A stretch of DNA of 9,882 nt from Leidyana gryllorum EB-2025a (lineage: Eukaryota; Protista; Apicomplexa), in contig JBLWGC010000209.1 in NCBI GenBank assembly GCA_048772705.1, positions 1 to 9,882 on the forward strand. The letters run 5' to 3'. Position 1 is the stretch's first letter, and each line of letters begins with the position of its first letter. The position numbers and the translations under genes are program-made. Below are positions 6,705-9,882 of this stretch, one piece after another. The notes beneath the pieces were generated by a model. That model did not search any database and was not told the origin of the DNA. It was given only the letters and a program-made list of their open reading frames with translations.

Positions 6705-6776
6705 GTCCGAGTCGTCTAGTGGTTAGGACAGCACGTTGTGGCCGTGCAAACCCAGGCTCGATTCCTGGCTCGGACA
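6705..6776 (+). tRNA. tRNA-His-GTG: tRNA-His(GTG)
   Basis: Identical to 5756-5827. Confidence 0.93.
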
Positions 6777-6849
6777 ACCAATCTAAAGTGCATTGCAATT
6801 CCCCTCCAAAACTGAGAGACCACTCAGAAAAGCTTAAGTGCGTGAGCAA

Positions 6850-6920
6850 AGCCTTCTGCCGGAATCGAACCGGCGACCTTTCGCTTACAAAGCGAATGCT
6901 CTGCCACCAGCTAAGAAGGC
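6850..6920 (-). tRNA. tRNA-Thr-TGT: tRNA-Thr(TGT), D-arm 1 nt shorter
   Basis: Arm TTCGC-TTTGTAA-GCGAA. Acceptor and T arms are perfect. Confidence 0.85.
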
Positions 6921-7021
6921 AATGTTAACGGAAGTTACTGAAGCTCATTGTTCCACCGGTCGAACGGATCCAGGGCTCCACCCAACGGCAAATAGGGTGT
7001 AACTCAGTTTAGAGCTTCGTT

Positions 7022-7094
7022 GCCGCCCTAGCTCAGTCGGTAGAGCGCAGGACTTTTAATCTTGCAGTCGCGGGTTCGAGCCCCGCGGGCGGTG
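7022..7094 (+). tRNA. tRNA-Lys-TTT: tRNA-Lys(TTT)
   Basis: Acceptor GCCGCCC/GGGCGGT with G73, TAGCTCAGTCGGTAGAGC, arm CAGGA-CTTTTAA-TCTTG, T-loop GTTCGAGCC. Confidence 0.93.
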
Positions 7095-7154
7095 TGGATC
7101 TATTTCCGTGGGAGTAAGAATGGAACTGTTGCCTACAAGCACACTCAGCTGGAT

Positions 7155-7227
7155 TTCCACTGCCGGGACTTGAACCCGGATCGTGCGGGTGAAAGCCGCA
7201 TATCCTAGCCACTTAGACTACAGTGGA
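7155..7227 (-). tRNA. tRNA-Glu-TTC: tRNA-Glu(TTC)
   Basis: Acceptor TCCACTG/CAGTGGA, arm TGCGG-CTTTCAC-CCGCA, T-loop GTTCAAGTC. Confidence 0.95.
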
Positions 7228-7344
7228 CAACTTCTTCAGCTGCAGCTTTGGACGAGAGCCGTACCCTCTTGACAAGACGTGGTTGCAGAATCCTGTTGTA
7301 GAAAAAGGAGGATCTCTATACTAACCTCTGAACCATTGTAGCTG

Positions 7345-7417
7345 GGTCTTGTAGCTCAGTCGGCAGAGCGTGTGGCAGTTAACCACAAAGTCGCAGGTTC
7401 GAAACCTGCCAGGACCG
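7345..7417 (+). tRNA. tRNA-Asn-GTT: tRNA-Asn(GTT), U33>A variant
   Basis: Acceptor GGTCTTG/CAGGACC, arm TGTGG-CAGTTAA-CCACA, T-loop GTTCGAAAC. Confidence 0.87.
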
Positions 7418-7461
7418 GTTTCAGAGGCACACTAAACACTGAGTGCGCTGGTGTGCCAATG

Positions 7462-7490
7462 GCACTTGTGGTCTGCGACTCTTCAAAGAT
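7462..7490 (+). pseudogene. Internally deleted tRNA-Gly(TCC) remnant
   Basis: gcacttgtggtct is joined directly to gcgac.cttc.aag. Confidence 0.55.
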
Positions 7491-7532
7491 GGAAGTTTGT
7501 TTGGATCCCGCCACGTGCAGCCGTACGTACTT

Positions 7533-7605
7533 TGGACGACCTGGGTATCGATCCCAGTACCTCTCGCATGCGAAGCGAGCGCTCTACCATCTGAGCTAGC
7601 CGCCC
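7533..7605 (-). tRNA. tRNA-Ala-CGC: tRNA-Ala(CGC)
   Basis: Arm CTCGC-TTCGCAT-GCGAG, G3:U70, intact D arm. Confidence 0.94.
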
Positions 7606-7984
7606 ATCCGCTCATCCGCTCTACATGGATGATGCGTCATTTTGAACCTGATCTGCATTCTTTCAGTTAAGCCCCAGAGTCAATGACGGCCTAAGGCCTT
7701 TAGGTTAAGCTAGATCTACGTGCCAGCCTGGTTAAGGGAGACACGAGCACGACACACACGTTTTTATTATTCATTTTTCATTACATTCCAATACAACTAA
7801 TTCAATTACGGGCACTTACCAAACCAAAACCCAACTTCAGAATACCCAGATTAGCCATCAGTACAGATTATGGACCCAATGCATCCAACTAGGGACGGAA
7901 CCAGCGATTCGGCGGATGTTCCGCCTATCAAACCAATGGAAGACCTATTGCATCCAGTGGCTGACCGAGGGCCGATACAACGGC

Positions 7985-8064
7985 TGACAAGAGTGGGATT
8001 CGAACCCACGCCCTTTCGGACTGCGGCCTTAACACAGCGCCTTGGACCACTCGGCCATCTTGCC
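7985..8064 (-). tRNA. tRNA-Leu-AAG: tRNA-Leu(AAG)
   Basis: One substitution relative to 4066-4145. Confidence 0.95.
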
Positions 8065-8159
8065 GGGGTGCCCTTGGCTCGCCACTTTACACGCTTTCTG
8101 TCCGTGAAGTCTCGAGAAGGGAGGACTTTTGGGGTTGAAGGCTGGGGTATCCACGAGCG

Positions 8160-8231
8160 TCCGAGGTAGTATAGTGCTTAGTATTTCCGCCTGTCACTCG
8201 GAAGACCCGGGTTCGATTACCGGTCTCGGAG
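8160..8231 (+). pseudogene. tRNA-Asp(GTC), damaged copy
   Basis: Compared with 2032-2103: D-loop GG>GC, an anticodon-stem mismatch and C61>A. Confidence 0.85.
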
Positions 8232-8284
8232 ACACTTCGTTCTTCCGCTTTAGATTTCGTGGTGCTCGCCTGACAAACGTGAGT

Positions 8285-8357
8285 TACAGCCACCGAGGAT
8301 CGAACTCGGGACCTTCTGCGTGTGAAGCAGACGTCGTGACCACTAGACCATGGCTGC
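8285..8357 (-). tRNA. tRNA-Val-CAC: tRNA-Val(CAC)
   Basis: Acceptor GCAGCCA/TGGCTGT, arm TCTGC-TTCACAC-GCAGA, T-loop GTTCGATCC. Confidence 0.94.
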
Positions 8358-8505
8358 ACGGAGCTTCCGGACTGGGAAAAGGGGCGTGTATCTCTGGAAA
8401 CACATACCTGATGAGCCTCAAGAAATCGGACGGCCTGAAGTAGCTCCCTGTTGCATCCCACCCTAAGTGATGGTCCGCTACCTTTATAGTTTCACTCCGA
8501 ATATT

Positions 8506-8577
8506 GTCCGAGTCGTCTGGTGGTTAGGACAGCACGTTGTGGCCGTGCAAACCCAGGCTCGATTCCTGGCTCGGACA
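8506..8577 (+). tRNA. tRNA-His-GTG: tRNA-His(GTG), A14>G variant
   Basis: One substitution relative to 6705-6776. Confidence 0.9.
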
Positions 8578-8664
8578 GTATGTCTCTGGAGTCTCGGATG
8601 GGAACTCTTGCCGGATCGACAACGCTTGATCGCAACACACTCTCATTTGACGCCCCTGTTGATC

Positions 8665-8737
8665 GGCGGTATGGCCCAATGGATGTGGCGTCGGTGCAAG
8701 GAACTGGGGATTGTGGGCTCGAATCCGAGTAGCGTCT
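8665..8737 (+). pseudogene. tRNA-Arg(ACG)-derived pseudogene
   Basis: Colinear with 331-403 including flanks. The anticodon loop has decayed to GCAAGGA. Confidence 0.8.
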
Positions 8738-8799
8738 GGGCGAGTGGTCGGGTTTTAGCCCCTCACAACTGATGCAAATCAGATTTTGTCTCAGCTGTC

Positions 8800-8845
8800 T
8801 AGACTTCATGCGGGATTGTACGAGTGAGAGCCGCATATCTTAGCC
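8800..8845 (-). pseudogene. tRNA-Glu(CTC)-like internal fragment
   Basis: ggattgtacgagtgagagccgcatatcttagcc vs ggatcgtgcgggtgaaagccgcatatcctagcc (within 7155-7227). Confidence 0.6.
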
Positions 8846-8885
8846 GACCTTGGAGAGACGCGGAGTGAGACAACAATTGTAAGAC

Positions 8886-8956
8886 GTGCTGTTCTGGGAA
8901 TCGAACCCAGACTCCTTCCACCCCAAGGAAGGAACATACTACTAGACCAAACACCC
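8886..8956 (-). pseudogene. tRNA-Pro pseudogene (anticodon GGG)
   Basis: Arm CTTCC-TTGGGGT-GGAAG. Acceptor mismatches and loss of the D-loop GG. Confidence 0.8.
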
Positions 8957-9069
8957 GAACGGATGGTGGTGCAACTCGCTCAGCACAGTCGAGAGAGTGG
9001 CCATGCTATGAAGAATCACGAAATGCTGTGGCGTCTGCACACCGAGCGACTAGCGCAACAAGTTATTAC

Positions 9070-9140
9070 GCATCTGTGGTCTAGTGGTAGAATGTCTCGT
9101 TGCGATCGAGACGACCCGGGTTCGATTCCCGGCAGATGCA
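9070..9140 (+). tRNA. tRNA-Gly body with GCG (Arg) anticodon
   Basis: Acceptor GCATCTG/CAGATGC with A73, arm TCTCG-TTGCGAT-CGAGA. Otherwise matches Gly(GCC) at 1533-1603. T5 downstream. Confidence 0.88.
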
Positions 9141-9247
9141 AAGGACACGTGCTTGTTTTTCACCATTCCAACAATTCATGCGTAAAGTTGGCCCCACATA
9201 CGGTCGCGCTAAGTGCTTATTTTCACCGCCTTCCATGACTGTCTAGC

Positions 9248-9320
9248 GCCTCGGTAGCTCAGTTGGGAGAGCGCCAGACTGAAGATCGGGAAGTCCCGTG
9301 TTCGATCCACGGCCGAGGAA
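9248..9320 (+). tRNA. tRNA-Phe-GAA: tRNA-Phe(GAA), variant
   Basis: TAGCTCAGTTGGGAGAGC, loop CTGAAGA, TGTTCGATCCAC. C72>A and one anticodon-stem mismatch. Confidence 0.85.
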
Positions 9321-9469
9321 GAGAGGTCGTGACATCTGGTGTCAGAATTCCTCGCCCCTCAGCTAACCAGGCAGGCCCTGTCTCGATCACATGAGGGGCA
9401 GTGGAAGTCCTTGGAGTGCTTCAACAACCTCCCTCAACGGGCTTAGATGCGTGATTTCCTTCTTGGATT

Positions 9470-9541
9470 GCCTTGTAAGCTTAGGAGCAGAGCGTTTGCT
9501 TCGTAAACGAGACGTCGGCGGCTCGATTCCGACAGAAGGCT
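9470..9541 (+). pseudogene. tRNA-Thr(CGT) pseudogene
   Basis: Colinear with 5591-5662, with multiple stem mismatches. Confidence 0.82.
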
Positions 9542-9554
9542 TTGATGCATCGAT

Positions 9555-9577
9555 AGGTTCGAAACCTGTTAGGGCCG
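9555..9577 (+). pseudogene. tRNA-Asn 3' fragment
   Basis: aggttcgaaacctgttagggccg vs aggttcgaaacctgccaggaccg (7395-7417). Confidence 0.6.
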
Positions 9578-9605
9578 GGTTCTGCGGAACCCTACTCTCT
9601 CAACC

Positions 9606-9667
9606 GCACTTGTGGTCTTGGACCCTTCAAAGGTCGTAACTCTGAGTATTTGTATACGGTGGGTGCC
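9606..9667 (+). pseudogene. Internally deleted tRNA-Gly(TCC) remnant
   Basis: gcacttgtggtct..gacccttc.aaggtcgtaac has the same deletion pattern as 2478-2509. Confidence 0.65.
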
Positions 9668-9680
9668 TCCGTACGAAGTT

Positions 9681-9753
9681 TGGACGACCTGGGCATCGAT
9701 CCCAGTACCTCTCGCATGCTAAGCGAGCGCTCTACCATTTGAGCTAGTCGCCC
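9681..9753 (-). tRNA. tRNA-Ala-AGC: tRNA-Ala(AGC)
   Basis: Identical to 2374-2446. Confidence 0.96.
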
Positions 9754-9849
9754 GTTGCGCAGACCCACGAGTGTTTAGGGGTCTTGACATAGTATGAGGT
9801 GTCTCGAGGAGGGTACGGCTCTCGGCTAAAGCTGCAGCTGAGGGAGTTG

Positions 9850-9882
9850 TCCACTGTAGTCTAAGTGGCTAGGATATGGGGC
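9850..9882 (+). tRNA. tRNA-Glu, 5' part (cut by the window end)
   Basis: TCCACTGTAGTCTAAGTGGCTAGGATATG and the upstream flank match Glu at 7155-7227. The anticodon is outside the window. Confidence 0.8.

Larger units (their letters stand above)
5589..6922. repeat. ~280 bp inverted duplication of the Thr-His block (5589-5875 / 6657-6922)
   Basis: The His genes are identical and the flanks are reverse complementary (gatgcttcgctacctctacagcctcgctcaaagattt). The Thr anticodons differ (CGT vs TGT). Confidence 0.92.
7531..8140. repeat. Recent ~600 bp segmental duplication, copy 2 (copy 1 at 3199-3801)
   Basis: Direct repeat at offset 4332 (4339 after the 7-nt indel). Confidence 0.95.

Noticed and set aside
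8408-8440. CTGATGAG resembling a hammerhead ribozyme core or a C/D box
   Set aside because: The putative stem II (gcc/ggc) is followed by CTGAAG rather than GAAA, and I found no stems I/III with an NUH site. The TGATGA-CTGA spacing (20 nt) is too short for a snoRNA.
76-9639. All ORFs in the six-frame track (60-175 aa)
   Set aside because: They overlap tRNA genes, and their recurring peptides (GSIPG, VGFEPT, GSNP) are translations of T-arms. No protein family is recognisable.
1-9882. CRISPR array, or a bacterial/phage tRNA array
   Set aside because: There are no regularly spaced identical repeats. The tRNAs have eukaryotic hallmarks (iMet A1:U72/A54, A34 isoacceptors for six amino acids, His without G-1) and mixed strands.

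Overview
This window has no credible protein-coding gene. It is a very dense eukaryotic nuclear-type tRNA gene field with about 55 tRNA genes, pseudogenes and fragments in 9.9 kb (roughly one per 180 bp), on both strands. None has an encoded CCA or an intron. The initiator tRNA is eukaryotic (A1:U72, A54), and tRNA-His lacks an encoded G-1. The set covers 18 amino acid types; I found no Cys, Tyr or elongator Met. It is not a simple tandem repeat: gene-plus-spacer modules (Leu-Asp-Val, Pro-Arg-His, Asn-deltaGly-Ala, Thr-His, Ile-psiLys-Ser) recur in different orders and orientations, with intact and decayed copies side by side. Non-tRNA content includes a near-identical ~370 bp insert present twice, a twice-present element with 5S rRNA-like motifs, long inverted repeats and a 66 bp micro-inversion. 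One structurally perfect tRNA-Gly body carries an Arg (GCG) anticodon. All calls were made by eye, without tRNAscan or Infernal. The organism cannot be assigned, and partial misassembly of a repetitive array cannot be excluded.
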